From positions 57,970,001 to 58,034,000 of the forward strand of contig NC_043005.1 in the NCBI RefSeq assembly GCF_006345805.1: DNA of 64,000 bases, read 5' to 3'. The notes under the pieces are model-generated. The model was not told the origin of the DNA. It did no database searches and worked only from the letters and a program-made list of their open reading frames with translations. This document shows positions 63,943 through 64,000 of this stretch, piece after piece. The stretch comes from Octopus sinensis (taxonomy: Eukaryota). A program made the translations under genes and the position numbers. Numbering within the stretch: the first letter of the stretch is position 1; the number at the start of each line of letters is the position of its first letter.

Positions 63943-64000
63943 CTGTTGTAATTTCGTCACCCATAGTCTGATGATATTTCGGAATAATATTCCTTCTTCA
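63943..64000 (-). other. Possible upstream IFT88 exon truncated by the window edge
   Basis: Unique sequence ending CAG|gtatat at 63942. The phase-0 frame is open (EEGILFRNIIRLWVTKLQQ) and would fit the 54011 acceptor but does not resemble the vertebrate N-terminus; another frame gives ATG-GDEITT in phase 1. Confidence 0.3.

Overview
Eukaryotic, AT-rich, repeat-dense DNA. The SINE families and dense (TA)n/(CA)n/(CAT)n microsatellites suggest an octopus or other coleoid cephalopod (inferred). The window lies inside one minus-strand gene, IFT88 (intraflagellar transport protein 88). I joined 11 GT-AG coding exons (54011 down to 194; 1233 nt, 411 codons) into one open frame with consistent phases, covering the N-terminal half of the protein. 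A possible upstream exon is cut by the window edge at 63943-64000. The introns, one of them 26.9 kb, hold several tRNA-derived SINE families and an RTE-tailed repeat. They also hold decayed Gypsy, RTE, CR1-like and R4/Dong-like retroelements, Tc1/mariner, hAT and piggyBac remnants, Helitron-type elements, foldbacks, a TSD-flanked U2 snRNA 5' retrocopy and a 1.34-kb tandem duplication. The most intriguing unexplained signals are all hypotheses: three short intronic elements (22600, 25891, 29853) with mutually exclusive complementarity next to exon-like sequences, a candidate recursive splice site, codons that A-to-I editing would return to the vertebrate residues, a near-perfect hairpin beside an acceptor, and a CpG-retaining island followed by antisense exon-like segments. 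Almost all ORFs in the supplied track are repeat or microsatellite artefacts.
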